This document shows, piece by piece, positions 22,366 through 32,710 of a stretch of 64,000 bases of DNA. A program made the translations under genes and the position numbers. Numbering within the stretch: the first letter of the stretch is position 1; the number at the start of each line of letters is the position of its first letter. The notes below the pieces were generated by a model. The model was given only the letters and a program-made list of their open reading frames with translations. It made no database searches and was not told the origin of the DNA. The DNA is from an uncultured Fibrobacterota bacterium. GTDB lineage: Bacteria; Fibrobacterota; Chitinivibrionia; Chitinivibrionales; FEN-1185. The stretch is taken from assembly GCA_963729895.1 (NCBI GenBank), contig CAVSQB010000009.1:96001-160000 (forward strand). Reading direction: 5' to 3'.

Positions 22366-23553
22366 TTACTGCGCCGGCTTCCAGGTTACGTCATCAATCA
22401 TGTAGGTTTCACCGGAGGTATACGCCTCGCCGGTTGCAGCCGGGCAGACAAAAGCGACATAATAGGTGATGTTGGTCATGACAATCGGACCAAAATCCGT
22501 GAAAGGAATCTCGCATAGGTGCCAGTTGCCGTCTCCGGCCACATAGCCATAATTGGCAAGGTCGACGACCTGTGCGGCCTTGACGTTCCATGTCACTTCA
22601 ACACCGATACTTTGCGCGTTGCCCTTCACATACATATGGAGCTTCCCGCCCGTATAGCCGGACATGTCTACGCCGGCCGTATCCGTTGGCGCAATGCCCC
22701 AGCCGGACCAGCCCAGTGTTCCACCGGTGATTAGGGCGCATTTGGTGCCTTCCTCCTTGTCGCCGGTGTATGCAAGGTTCAATGTCGTCGCGTGCGAAGA
22801 AGTGTCGCCGACAACCGCCTGGTCCCAGACATACACTTTCGCCAAGGCCCAATTCAGGTTATTCGTGGTCCGTTCGGAAATTATTCCAAGCTCTTTCGCC
22901 GGAGTGATTGCCGTCACCGGAAGAATTTGATTGGTAAGCGTGTACGAAGTGATATACTTCTTGAAGGTCACATACATTGTTTTTGATGCAACAAGGGTAT
23001 CCGAAATGTCCAGCCGCTTGGCAAGTCCCTGCGCCCCGTTGGCGCCTAAAGCCCTCAGGCCCGAAAATGAGGAATTCTTTTCGCACACGGCCATCGCAAA
23101 AGTAGCGGACGCGGCGCCAACCCGCAGTCTCACCACATTGAACGAGGACGCAACAAGGCCGAAGGCCGGCGTGTAGGAGTATGCGCCTCTTGCCAGATAA
23201 GTATGGACCGCGTGAGACAGGATGCGGCCGTTCAAATCGTATATGTCAACGGCAACTTTTTCCGTTCCATTCGCGACTGAGAAACGGATACTGTTTCCGA
23301 TCTTGACGGGTGCAATGTCGCCGGACTCGCCGATGGCGGCCCGCACGCCCGTGGCGCCCGTCAGCGTGTACAGGCCCTGGCTGTCGGTAGTGGTGGAGTA
23401 GCCTGCTTCGACAAGGCTCACCGTTGCTCCCGGAACACCGTTGCCGTTTCCATCAATAACCGTGCCCGAGATACTGATCTGCGCATGGGCCGAAAAGACC
23501 ACGGCAGCCGCACCTACAAACGCGCACAGAACCTTTGCTTTGTTTGAAAACAT
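22366..23553 (-). CDS. Secreted protein with a carboxypeptidase-regulatory-like domain and a C-terminal galactose-binding-like CBM
   Basis: Signal peptide (AHA-Q), ISGTV.D..G..VPGATV, and C-terminal WSGWG...DMS.Y...L...VKG...W....IPF.DF...IDDV.W. Confidence 0.7.
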   Translation of the reverse strand: MFSNKAKVLCAFVGAAAVVFSAHAQISISGTVIDGNGNGVPGATVSLVEAGYSTTTDSQGLYTLTGATGVRAAIGESGDIAPVKIGNSIRFSVANGTEKVAVDIYDLNGRILSHAVHTYLARGAYSYTPAFGLVASSFNVVRLRVGAASATFAMAVCEKNSSFSGLRALGANGAQGLAKRLDISDTLVASKTMYVTFKKYITSYTLTNQILPVTAITPAKELGIISERTTNNLNWALAKVYVWDQAVVGDTSSHATTLNLAYTGDKEEGTKCALITGGTLGWSGWGIAPTDTAGVDMSGYTGGKLHMYVKGNAQSIGVEVTWNVKAAQVVDLANYGYVAGDGNWHLCEIPFTDFGPIVMTNITYYVAFVCPAATGEAYTSGETYMIDDVTWKPAQ

Positions 23554-23930
23554 CAAGCCGCTCCTTGTTTAGGGTTTATGAACAAAAAGAATCCTTGTTG
23601 CCACGTAATAATTTTTAGGAGTCAAATATAATAGAAACGGCGTATCTTTAACAACACAAAACTGATGCGTGAAGAGCGGGATCATGGCTGTTTTTTCATC
23701 TCAGCACCGCCTGACGAATCGGGCAAGTAACAAACGCTACCTTTTTTTCCTGACTTGCCGTGATTCAACCCGTATATTCCATGGTTGAGGATTCCCGCTC
23801 GAGGACGCTCTGTCGCAAGAACCTTGGCCCAGCGGGATACGCCGAGAAACGGCTGATTGTGTTTTCGGTTCTTTCCCTGCAGCGAAAATTACCGTATTTT
23901 CTAGTGGTGCTAGTTCCATGGAGGCAAATT

Positions 23931-24767
23931 ATGTTCCATTCAAGAACAATTGTCCTGGCCTGTTTGCTCATTTCAATCGGGCTGATCTGCCAAGCAAACG
24001 GCCAAACGTACCGCAACATTGCCCTCAACCCGAACGACGTCCGCGCGACGGGACACGGATTTCCCCATGCATCGTCGAACAGCGAATACCCATGCAACTA
24101 CGACACCACCCCGAATTGCGTTCCAAACAACCAATACATCGCATTGAACGCCATCAACGGAGACACGAACAATACGAGTGAAACCGCATATCCATCTTGG
24201 GGGCCCAACCTCACTTTTGCCGGGTTGTGGTGGAAGGTTGATTTCGGCCACGACGTGAGTGTTGACAAGGTAAAAATCTGGGTACGCGCCGACTGGTCGG
24301 GCGGTCACGACAGCTACTGGAAGCGCGCGACCCTCGTCTTCACAAATGGCACGCGGGACACGATAGCGATCGATTCGCTCAAGACCGGACAGGAATTCCC
24401 GTTTGCAAGCCGGATCACGCAATCGGTGACAATTACCGATTTCGTGGCGAGCAATCCTGCAAAGTGGTGCGCATTCGCCGAAGTCCAGGTGTGGGGATAC
24501 GATCCGCCGACGTCCGCCAAACCGGCCATGACGAGTGCGCCCAATTTCCACGTCGCCGATGCCGGCGTCGTCTGCTCCGTGCCGGACGTTTCATCACTTC
24601 GCCTGCACGTGCCGGACAAGGTTGTTCGCGTGGAATTGTTTTCGGTTCTCGGCAGAAAAGTTTGGGGATGTGAATGCAAGGCCGGTCCAAACGGCTCGTT
24701 TGTTTCGATTCCGCCCGACCTGCGGGCCGGCATCTTCTACGCTAAGTACTTTACACACAGTAATTGA
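23931..24767 (+). CDS. Secreted discoidin/F5-8-like carbohydrate-binding protein with a T9SS-like tail
   Basis: Signal peptide, YRNIALNP..PHASSNSE, A.NAING, SWGP, WWKVDFG, AFAEVQVWG; tail LFSVLGRKV...GIFY. Confidence 0.65.
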   Translation: MFHSRTIVLACLLISIGLICQANGQTYRNIALNPNDVRATGHGFPHASSNSEYPCNYDTTPNCVPNNQYIALNAINGDTNNTSETAYPSWGPNLTFAGLWWKVDFGHDVSVDKVKIWVRADWSGGHDSYWKRATLVFTNGTRDTIAIDSLKTGQEFPFASRITQSVTITDFVASNPAKWCAFAEVQVWGYDPPTSAKPAMTSAPNFHVADAGVVCSVPDVSSLRLHVPDKVVRVELFSVLGRKVWGCECKAGPNGSFVSIPPDLRAGIFYAKYFTHSN

Positions 24768-25097
24768 CATCACGAGACAACGGTGCGGTCGCCGGAAAGC
24801 GGTACACGCCGCCCGCTGGGCACCCGTGGCCTGAGGTTACACGATTAACCCGGATCTTTATCCACCCGACAAAAAAAAGCACTACGCGCCCTTTTTCATT
24901 ATATTAGAATTCTGGGGAGGGGCGGACTGGGATTTCACCGCCGGGTATCTTGCAAAAAGAGACGGGGACCCGTTGGTGGGAATCAATCTTCTTGAATTTC
25001 ATTTTTGCTGTCGCCGATTGTCGGTTCGTTGTCAATCCTTCATTCCGTCTTCCCTGTATCACGTTGCACACCGCCGCACGTCCACAGAAATCTACCA

Positions 25098-28000
25098 ATG
25101 CACGGAAGAACGCACATTGCAAAGCTATTGCTACGTAAAGCATTTCCCACGGTCGGGCTGGTGCTGGTGGTTGCCTTGCACGCGACCTTCTCCGCCACAC
25201 TGAATTGGGCAAGCCCTCAGGACGGTGACACCAGGTGGAGCAACGATGCAAACTGGAGCGGAGGCAGGGCTCCGGGTTTCGCCGATACAGCCGTTTTTGG
25301 TTCAAGGGGGAAAAGGCTTGCCCCGTGCGTTCTCGACACGGATGCCGCGGTCGGAAAGTTTGTCCTGCGCAAGGAATACGCTTCCACGTTCGACCTTCAC
25401 GGCCATTGTCTGTCCATAACCGGCGACGCCTGCGAATTCCGCTCCGTCGGAGCTGTTGACGGCGCAACCGACACCCTCAGGTTCGGAACATCGCTGCCGT
25501 CGGTACTCCGCGCCCGGGGAAACGTATACCTCGATCGGGTGTCGGTAAACGGAGATGTGCGGCTGGAACTTTTGGGAGACAAACAGACCCTCCGGCTTCC
25601 GAAGACCTTCCACCTCGCAAAACTGGTGCAAAGCAACAGAATCGGCTCCTCCGTAATCGCCGAAGCCGGGGCAGCATTGACAATTGACACGTTTGTCATC
25701 CGGTCAGGCACGCTCGACCTGGGAGGCGGTTCCTCCGGCGCGATCGCCGTGACCGTCCGGTCTTTCTCGGCGGCCGGAGGCGGCATCACTTTCGGCGGAT
25801 CGATGCTGACGTTTACGGGTGATACTGTAAACCTTTCACGGCTGGGTGTGACGCCGCGGCAGAAGGGAGGAGGCATCGAATTCGGCGGCACCACCGCACA
25901 GGTGTTCATACCTAACGCGGAAGCTTTCTACCCTTCGATCATCCAAAGCGGACCGGTGGGAACAACAATTCTGTCAACCGGTTTCTCGTGCAACCGGCTT
26001 GCCGTTGTCGCCGGCACGCTGCATTTGGGTACTGCCTTGTCTCACGGGGTTTCTTCCCGGCTGCTTGTACGGGGCGCTCTTGATTTTGGAACATCAACGC
26101 TTTCGGTGGCCGCCGATTCGGTCGATTTTTCCGGCGCTGCCGTCCTCATTCCCGGAAACGGCACCGTGGCGTTTACGGGCTCGGCCGGCGTGCAGTGCTT
26201 TGTGCCGAAACCAGACGTCCTTCTTCCAAACCTCATCAAGTCCCGAAGCGGGACCGTTGTTTTGTGCGGCCCGTGTTCTGCGAAGAAACTTTGGATTTCC
26301 GACGGAACCTTTGATTGCGGCGATTACAAATGCGAGCTCACGGGCTTTTCGGCTATCGGCGGCACCCTCGCGGTCGGCTCCGACAGCCTCATTGTCAACG
26401 GCAACGCGCTCTTTTCGGGCCTGTCCGGAATGCTCACCAGGTCCGGGCCGGTTGTCGTCAAAGCCTCGGGAGCTGCGGCCGCTTCGGTTTTCTCATCCGG
26501 AAATCGGGTCATCAACAACCTGGTGCTGTATGCCGCTCCCTCCGGCGGCAGCGCGCGAATCATCCCGACATCGGGCGCGCATTGCGTGAGGCATTGTACC
26601 TTCGAATGGAACCGGTCGCCCGACAGCGCTCTTTTTGATTTCAGCCGGAACAACGCCTCGCTCACGGTCTACGATTCCGCGGACGTCCTTGCGCACGGCG
26701 CGGGACCGGACAAGGGATGCATATACATGGGAAAAGGCACCTGGACGTTTGCCGGTAATTTCTCCCTCGCAAACTATGCCCGGGACGGCTCAAAAGTGGT
26801 TTTCACCGCCGACTCGGGTGTGCAAACGGTTTCGGCCCCGCTTGCGCTGGGCGACGTGATCGATTCCGGAGCAGGCACGCTTCAACTGGCCTCTCCTCTT
26901 AAATGCCGGTCTTTCTCACAAACGGGGGGAACCCTCGATTTCAACGGTAACGCCCTTTTCACCGAAAATGATTTTGTCCTTGTGAACGGGTCGGACACAT
27001 CCATTGCGCAGTCAAAACGAGGGTGGAAAATAGACGCCGGAGGCGATGCCCGGCTGGGAGGAACGGTTTCGAACTACCTTGCCATTGTGAACGCCGTTTC
27101 GTGCACGGTGAGCGCGGCAGGTTCGGTTACGGCTCGGTATGCCGTACTCAAGAATTGCAGGGCGCAGCCGCAGAAAGGCCTCGCCTCCAACTGCACCGAC
27201 AGCCTCGGCAACGCCAACTGGGTGTTCTCGAACAAGCCCATGCCTCCAACCGGGCTGCTCGCGCGGCGCGGCAACGGTTCCGTGGCTCTCACGTGGAACA
27301 GGAGCCCTTCCGCGGATGCGCTGCGGTATTTCCTCTATGTGGAAATATCCGCTTCTCCTTCGGCAAAGCGCGATTCCACCGATTCGGCGGCAGATACTGC
27401 AAGAACGATAACAAAGTTGATTAATGGTAAGCAGTATCATGTCCGCGTTACCGTTCGCGACAGCGCCGGCTACGAGAGCGATTTCTCCAACGAAGTGTGC
27501 ATCACACCCGATTCCGGGCTGCTTGACATCGGCGCAGGCCGCGTGTCTTTCGGCAGGGTGACGCTCGGATCGATCCGTGACAGCGTGATTCCGCTGTGGA
27601 ACGGCTGCAGCGACACGATAGTGGTTTCGGCTGTCAAGATATCCTCCGCGGCTTTTACGAGCAGTATCGACTCGCTCAGGATTCCGCCCAAGCAACTTGT
27701 TTTGGATACGCTGGCGTTCAGGCCTAAGCAGCAAGGCTGCGATTCGGCCCTTATCGTTCTCATAAGCAACGCCGCGTCGAGCCCCGACACAATCCGGAGC
27801 TTCGGTACCGGTGCGTCGCCGCATCTCGACGCAACCCCGGATACCGTGATGTTCGAATCGCCAGGTTCGGGCAAAGCCGTGTGTCGAACGATTCTCATCA
27901 GAAACTCCGGCAACGACACCCTCCGGATTTCGCAGGTATCGCGGCTCGAAACGGGCGATTATGTGGTAGACAGTGTGTTTACCATGTCACCGATGCATGA

Positions 28001-28454
28001 TCTGGCGCCGGGTGATTCGTGCGTCGACACCGTACGATTCGCGCCCGCAAGACCGGGGACCTGTTCCGCCCTGTTTCTCTTGAAGAGCAATTGCACGACG
28101 CCGGTCGATACCATCTTTGCATTTGCCAAGAGCGGGGACATTCCGTCAACCGAAACGCCGCCTGCCGCGGTACCGAAAGATTTTTCTTTCCAGGAAGCGA
28201 CGGCCGTGGGAAGGTCGGTCATTTTTAAGTATGCCCTTCCCGTGCCGTCGCGAGTTACCCTGGATGTTTACAACGCGATCGGAAGGTTCATCGAGCGGCC
28301 TCTTGAAAACATGCAGAACGCGCGCGAATACCAGTTCTCGTGGGACGGTTCGCAACTGTGCCGAGGAATTTACTTTTGCAGGTTCAAGGCGGCGGATTCG
28401 GACGACTCTGACCCAAATTTCACGAAAACCGTGCGGATTGTGTTTTCGAAGTAG
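25098..28454 (+). CDS. Large secreted surface protein: beta-helix-like repeats, FN3, two choice-of-anchor D/ASH-like Ig domains and a T9SS/FlgD-like tail
   Basis: WS...NWS.G..P, repeated GTL.LG/GGT.DF, FN3 (P..L.A..GN..V.LTW...Y.V.V...D..G.ES..S), I.N.G..TL.IS; tail LDVYNAIGR...GIYF. Confidence 0.7.
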   Translation: MHGRTHIAKLLLRKAFPTVGLVLVVALHATFSATLNWASPQDGDTRWSNDANWSGGRAPGFADTAVFGSRGKRLAPCVLDTDAAVGKFVLRKEYASTFDLHGHCLSITGDACEFRSVGAVDGATDTLRFGTSLPSVLRARGNVYLDRVSVNGDVRLELLGDKQTLRLPKTFHLAKLVQSNRIGSSVIAEAGAALTIDTFVIRSGTLDLGGGSSGAIAVTVRSFSAAGGGITFGGSMLTFTGDTVNLSRLGVTPRQKGGGIEFGGTTAQVFIPNAEAFYPSIIQSGPVGTTILSTGFSCNRLAVVAGTLHLGTALSHGVSSRLLVRGALDFGTSTLSVAADSVDFSGAAVLIPGNGTVAFTGSAGVQCFVPKPDVLLPNLIKSRSGTVVLCGPCSAKKLWISDGTFDCGDYKCELTGFSAIGGTLAVGSDSLIVNGNALFSGLSGMLTRSGPVVVKASGAAAASVFSSGNRVINNLVLYAAPSGGSARIIPTSGAHCVRHCTFEWNRSPDSALFDFSRNNASLTVYDSADVLAHGAGPDKGCIYMGKGTWTFAGNFSLANYARDGSKVVFTADSGVQTVSAPLALGDVIDSGAGTLQLASPLKCRSFSQTGGTLDFNGNALFTENDFVLVNGSDTSIAQSKRGWKIDAGGDARLGGTVSNYLAIVNAVSCTVSAAGSVTARYAVLKNCRAQPQKGLASNCTDSLGNANWVFSNKPMPPTGLLARRGNGSVALTWNRSPSADALRYFLYVEISASPSAKRDSTDSAADTARTITKLINGKQYHVRVTVRDSAGYESDFSNEVCITPDSGLLDIGAGRVSFGRVTLGSIRDSVIPLWNGCSDTIVVSAVKISSAAFTSSIDSLRIPPKQLVLDTLAFRPKQQGCDSALIVLISNAASSPDTIRSFGTGASPHLDATPDTVMFESPGSGKAVCRTILIRNSGNDTLRISQVSRLETGDYVVDSVFTMSPMHDLAPGDSCVDTVRFAPARPGTCSALFLLKSNCTTPVDTIFAFAKSGDIPSTETPPAAVPKDFSFQEATAVGRSVIFKYALPVPSRVTLDVYNAIGRFIERPLENMQNAREYQFSWDGSQLCRGIYFCRFKAADSDDSDPNFTKTVRIVFSK

Positions 28455-28600
28455 CAAAAAAGGTCCGCCGCACGCATGACCGGCCTGCTTTTGAGGGGGG
28501 GGGCAGTTTACCGGAGAAACACGTGCGGCAGCCTTCGTGTGTCGATCACTTCTCGTTCCAAAGTCGGACCGCTTTGCGGTCGGTGATGCCAACTCCATTC

Positions 28601-30304
28601 CTATTGAGCCGTAAAGGGGACCATTTTTTGGGCACGATTATTTTCGGTCGTCAAGAAGTATACGCCCTTGCCGAACGGCAGTTTCTTGGCGGCAGAGGCA
28701 TTTTTGAAGACGCCCATGAGTCTTCCGTCAAGGGAGTACACCCGGGCGGTCCCGGCGTTGCCAAGGCCGGTCAGCCGTTGAAGCGGGTAAGGAGAAACAG
28801 TCCCGAGCACGGAGCAATCCTGCGCGTTTGCAATGGCAACGGGAACACTCGCACTGATAAGCTGATTGCCGGCTGTTGACGTCGCCGCCAGGGTAACGTT
28901 GGTCAAGCCGTTGCACAGGCTTGAGAATGGGATCGTCTTTGTAATGACGTTGCCCAGCGGATCCGAAGTCAGGTTGGAATCGAGCACCACGACGGTCTTC
29001 GTTCCGCCGAATGAAATCGACACATTGTCCTGCTGGTTGGGCGCGGTGAAGAACATCTGAGCCGTGATGGTAACCCCCGGGTCGGTGGCTGCATTGTAGC
29101 TCGCCTTGTCGGTCTTGAAATTGCACACTACGTCCTGATTGGCGTGAGTGACGCTGTCGCAATGCACCGTGGGAACAAAATATTCCTTCCACGCTCTCTG
29201 CTGGCCGGCTCCAATTTGCGCAGCGGTGTAGAATTGCTGAGAAAGGCCGGCCCACAATTCGATGTATGGAAGTGATGTCCCGGAATTGCTGTTTACGCTT
29301 TGCGGGTACCCCCATGTCCACATCTTGAGTCCGATGGTCTGATCGTTATTCGACACGCGGATTATCCCCTCATCGTTATCATGGTTGATGACACCCCAAA
29401 AGGTATTGAGCGGCGTTGTTGCGTCGGGCCAAGCATACACAATGCCCATGTCCGGCCAGTTTTTCCACCACCTGAGTTTGTTAAACAGATAGACGTTGCC
29501 GCCGACATTCTGTTCCTGACCCTGGCAGGCGCCATAGCCATTCGGAATATTGCAGTTCTTGACAGGGGAAATTATTTCCGCGCCCCCCGTGCACCTCGGA
29601 TCGGTTTTCGACGAACCGGGAGCAAAGGTGCTCATGGTCCAGTACTCGAAGTTCTTTGATTGGGCCGCCGGGTTGTTCAGCACCACGCCGATGTCGATGC
29701 AGTTCCTACCCGATATGATTGAAATAGTGAACGTGCATTCGATGCCCGTAGCGCCGTAATTGAATTTGCCCGGATGCCCGGCGAAATTCACCGTATCCTT
29801 CTGGCTTAGGGACAGGCTCACCGTGTCCGCGGTCTGCTTGACAATCTGGCACAGCCAGGGCCTCAGCCAGAATTTTCCATGCTCAGGCTCGGAAAAGGTG
29901 GGCATGATTCCCGCATATACCATAAGCCAGTTGTAATAAAAATTCCCGGCATTTATGCCGTAGGGCACGCCGCAGGGGGTGGTATACAACTCTTCGTGGT
30001 TCGTCGGTTTGTACACCATCGAAACGATCCTGCCGCCGAAATCCGGCACCACAATGATCTTCAGATATTCATTGTCAATGACTTTGCAGTTGAACGTTCT
30101 TGCCACGCTGGTGTTCGCCTGCGCGGATAGCAGCCCGTAGTCCGCACCGATGGCGTACGTGTTGGTATGCCAGGTGGTGGTCGAGTCTTTGATTGTGACA
30201 GCCGCAAAAACGGAGGAACAAAGAACAAGAAACAAAGCAAGACTCCCCGTACCTGCGTTGCGGGCAGACAAACTGAAACGTTTGACCATCCTCATCATCT
30301 TCAT
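28601..30304 (-). CDS. Secreted DUF5107-like (galactose-mutarotase fold) protein with a T9SS-like tail
   Basis: DNEYLKI.VVP.FGGRI.S, GLKMWTWG and YIELWAG; tail VYSLDGR...GVYF. Confidence 0.75.
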   Translation of the reverse strand: MKMMRMVKRFSLSARNAGTGSLALFLVLCSSVFAAVTIKDSTTTWHTNTYAIGADYGLLSAQANTSVARTFNCKVIDNEYLKIIVVPDFGGRIVSMVYKPTNHEELYTTPCGVPYGINAGNFYYNWLMVYAGIMPTFSEPEHGKFWLRPWLCQIVKQTADTVSLSLSQKDTVNFAGHPGKFNYGATGIECTFTISIISGRNCIDIGVVLNNPAAQSKNFEYWTMSTFAPGSSKTDPRCTGGAEIISPVKNCNIPNGYGACQGQEQNVGGNVYLFNKLRWWKNWPDMGIVYAWPDATTPLNTFWGVINHDNDEGIIRVSNNDQTIGLKMWTWGYPQSVNSNSGTSLPYIELWAGLSQQFYTAAQIGAGQQRAWKEYFVPTVHCDSVTHANQDVVCNFKTDKASYNAATDPGVTITAQMFFTAPNQQDNVSISFGGTKTVVVLDSNLTSDPLGNVITKTIPFSSLCNGLTNVTLAATSTAGNQLISASVPVAIANAQDCSVLGTVSPYPLQRLTGLGNAGTARVYSLDGRLMGVFKNASAAKKLPFGKGVYFLTTENNRAQKMVPFTAQ

Positions 30305-30386
30305 CGGTCAGTTCCCTCCATTGATTCGTGAAACGGTTCTTTGTTCAGCAAATACGACTTTCTGAATCGGCCGATTCACAGGCCCC

Positions 30387-31835
30387 TCACCTGAAATTCT
30401 GATCGGAGAGCCCATGAATGGTGATGTTGTCAAGTCCCATGACGACCGTATCACCCTTGTTTTCCCAGGCGGCGAACTCTATTCTGTCAATGCTGTCGCA
30501 CACGGATGCCCAGGTGAGACCGTCGGTAAGCTGCTTCGAACCGGCCGGAGCCTTGATGTCCCCCGGGTAAATGGTGATTTTTTGCCATGTTGGCGGAGTC
30601 GCTATGACCGTACTGAGCTGTCCCCACCAATCACCAGGAGCATACCCGGCCAACGCCTTGTGGGACCTGAAAACAACCCGTATGTTGCCCTTTCCCATCA
30701 GGTAAAATGAAAATTGGGTCATCGCCGTAAAATCGGCATATCCGCTCCCGCGAGGTGACACAATGCAACTGATATAGGCATAGGGCGTAAGCGCTGGAGG
30801 CTTGGTTCCCATCAGGAACGTAACAATAAAGCTCTTGCCGAAGCAGGCATTGACATCCGTGATCGCCGGCCAGAAATACTGCGCCGTGCCGGGCGGCAGC
30901 AATTGCGTGTTGCCGCTGTCCTGGGCGTCGGTTACCACGAGCCAGTAGCTGTGGCCCGTGATCGGGTTGAGACAGCTCAGGCTGTCGCCGTCGTCGAAAT
31001 CGTCGAGCACCACAAATACATCCCCGTTGTCGTCGACTTCCGCAAGGCTGCCGTTGACAACTTTGTAATACTTTACCATGGAGAAATCTTTTTCGGCGTA
31101 CCATTGCGGCGTTGCCGACGAATCATACGGCTTGAAAATAACGGCGTACGATTGCGACATCGTTGTCTGGTAGAAACTGTAAGAAGGGTTCGCGGCGGAG
31201 CCGCTGTTCACGAACATCACATCCTTGAGATACACGGTGTCGGCGCTTGCCTGGTCCACCTGCACCGGCAGGTAGTTGATGATAGTGTTGCAGCGAAAAC
31301 TTATGTCGTGCTGCCCGAGCGGCACGTGCTGCAGAACATAAAAACCGTCGGCATCCAGGCCGGCGCTTTGCCCGCAACCGGGAACAAAGACGGAAATTGA
31401 GTTGCGGTCGATGAGAGGCCCAAGAAGAAGACGGCCTTTGAGGGTAATCGTTGGTTCGATATATAATACAAACGTGGAATCCAGGTCGGACCTGACCTTC
31501 GAAACAAGGGCTGCCGCACCGCTGTCTCTGTTTCCACAGCTGGCCGCAAAACTTCCCGGCGGCAGGCTGTCGAAACTGCAGAACCCGTTCTCGTCTGTCA
31601 ATTTCGTCCACGCTGCCAGGACGCTGTCGTTATGCCGTGTGATTTCAATCCGACGGAGGATTACCTGCGTCTTCGAATACACGGCCCCGTTGAAGTCGGT
31701 GACGAGACATTCCACCCGGCCGTTGCCGGCTTGCGAACCGGTACCGGCCACGGATTGCTGAGAGGAGCAATCGAGAAACGCGAGGGCGGCAACCGCCGTT
31801 GCAACGGTGAGCGCACAATAGACGCGATTACTCAT
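30387..31835 (-). CDS. Lipoprotein with carboxypeptidase-like Ig domains and a C-terminal CBM11/CIA30-like domain
   Basis: Lipobox-like AFLDC followed by GTGSQAGN; LDDFDDGD...DF..MT.FSF...GKG...W....I...LDNI.IHG; ATGA-coupled to the upstream TIGR02147 gene. Confidence 0.7.
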   Translation of the reverse strand: MSNRVYCALTVATAVAALAFLDCSSQQSVAGTGSQAGNGRVECLVTDFNGAVYSKTQVILRRIEITRHNDSVLAAWTKLTDENGFCSFDSLPPGSFAASCGNRDSGAAALVSKVRSDLDSTFVLYIEPTITLKGRLLLGPLIDRNSISVFVPGCGQSAGLDADGFYVLQHVPLGQHDISFRCNTIINYLPVQVDQASADTVYLKDVMFVNSGSAANPSYSFYQTTMSQSYAVIFKPYDSSATPQWYAEKDFSMVKYYKVVNGSLAEVDDNGDVFVVLDDFDDGDSLSCLNPITGHSYWLVVTDAQDSGNTQLLPPGTAQYFWPAITDVNACFGKSFIVTFLMGTKPPALTPYAYISCIVSPRGSGYADFTAMTQFSFYLMGKGNIRVVFRSHKALAGYAPGDWWGQLSTVIATPPTWQKITIYPGDIKAPAGSKQLTDGLTWASVCDSIDRIEFAAWENKGDTVVMGLDNITIHGLSDQNFR

Positions 31836-32710
31836 AACGCCTGCGTCTCCTTGGGCTGGGTGTCCTGCGGCTGTTTTCGTTCTTTTGGAACGAGCGGAAA
31901 CAATTGAAAATTGAGTTGGCACACGGTCTGCGAATCGGACTTGTCTTCCACAACCATGTTGAGAATTTCTTCCTTGAAACCCCGTATCCTTTGTTTAATA
32001 TTCTCAAAACAGGAATTCGACACACCAAGCGTGAGCGAACTCACCTCACGGTCCCACGGCTCGTAACGCTCAAGCGCCTCCTGCCCAAGTTGTATCATCA
32101 CATGGTGGAAATTCCGTAAAAGCAAAGAATTCATGTCGGCCCTCGACGAAACCACGGTATTGCACAGCTCGAGCTTCCCGCTTGCGTTGCGCCTCACCAG
32201 ATTAAGATGCAAGAGTACTTCCACCGCCTTCTTTGCCTGGCTCGCGGTAACCGGGGGCGCAATTGCCTTGGCTATCCAGTCGTAGTCCTCTCGAAATTCC
32301 TGCAGGGAGATAAGCTCGCGTATGGCGCTGTAATACCAATTTGAAAAGAATTCGTACTGCTTTTCGTCGAGAAAGGTCAGGTGGGTGCGGCGCCTGAGCT
32401 GCATCATCGCGGAAAAAGCCTCATTCTTGTCCTGATTGCTCTTTGCATTTACGAATTTTACAAGCGTGCGGAAATACTCTCTTTCGCGTTCCGTGAGATG
32501 CATTGCATGTGAATATTTTTCCACGACTTTGAGGGTGAGCTGTCGCCTGCCGGAGACGACGTCCTTAAGCAAACTGGGCGCGACACCGGATTGGGCAGCA
32601 AAGGAACGGTAGGAAAAGCGCCGGTTGCTCTTCTTCTGATACGAATAATAATCTTTCAGAAAGAACCTGTAATCGGTATATTCAAAGATTTTGAGGGCCC
32701 TGGATGGCAT
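31832..32710 (-). CDS. TIGR02147-family protein (HTH-like + DUF4423)
   Basis: IFEY.DYR.FL.DYY, FSYR.FA...G, W.Y.AIREL, A..L.....W.REVS.LT, QLN.QLFPL. Confidence 0.88.
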   Translation of the reverse strand: MPSRALKIFEYTDYRFFLKDYYSYQKKSNRRFSYRSFAAQSGVAPSLLKDVVSGRRQLTLKVVEKYSHAMHLTEREREYFRTLVKFVNAKSNQDKNEAFSAMMQLRRRTHLTFLDEKQYEFFSNWYYSAIRELISLQEFREDYDWIAKAIAPPVTASQAKKAVEVLLHLNLVRRNASGKLELCNTVVSSRADMNSLLLRNFHHVMIQLGQEALERYEPWDREVSSLTLGVSNSCFENIKQRIRGFKEEILNMVVEDKSDSQTVCQLNFQLFPLVPKERKQPQDTQPKETQAL

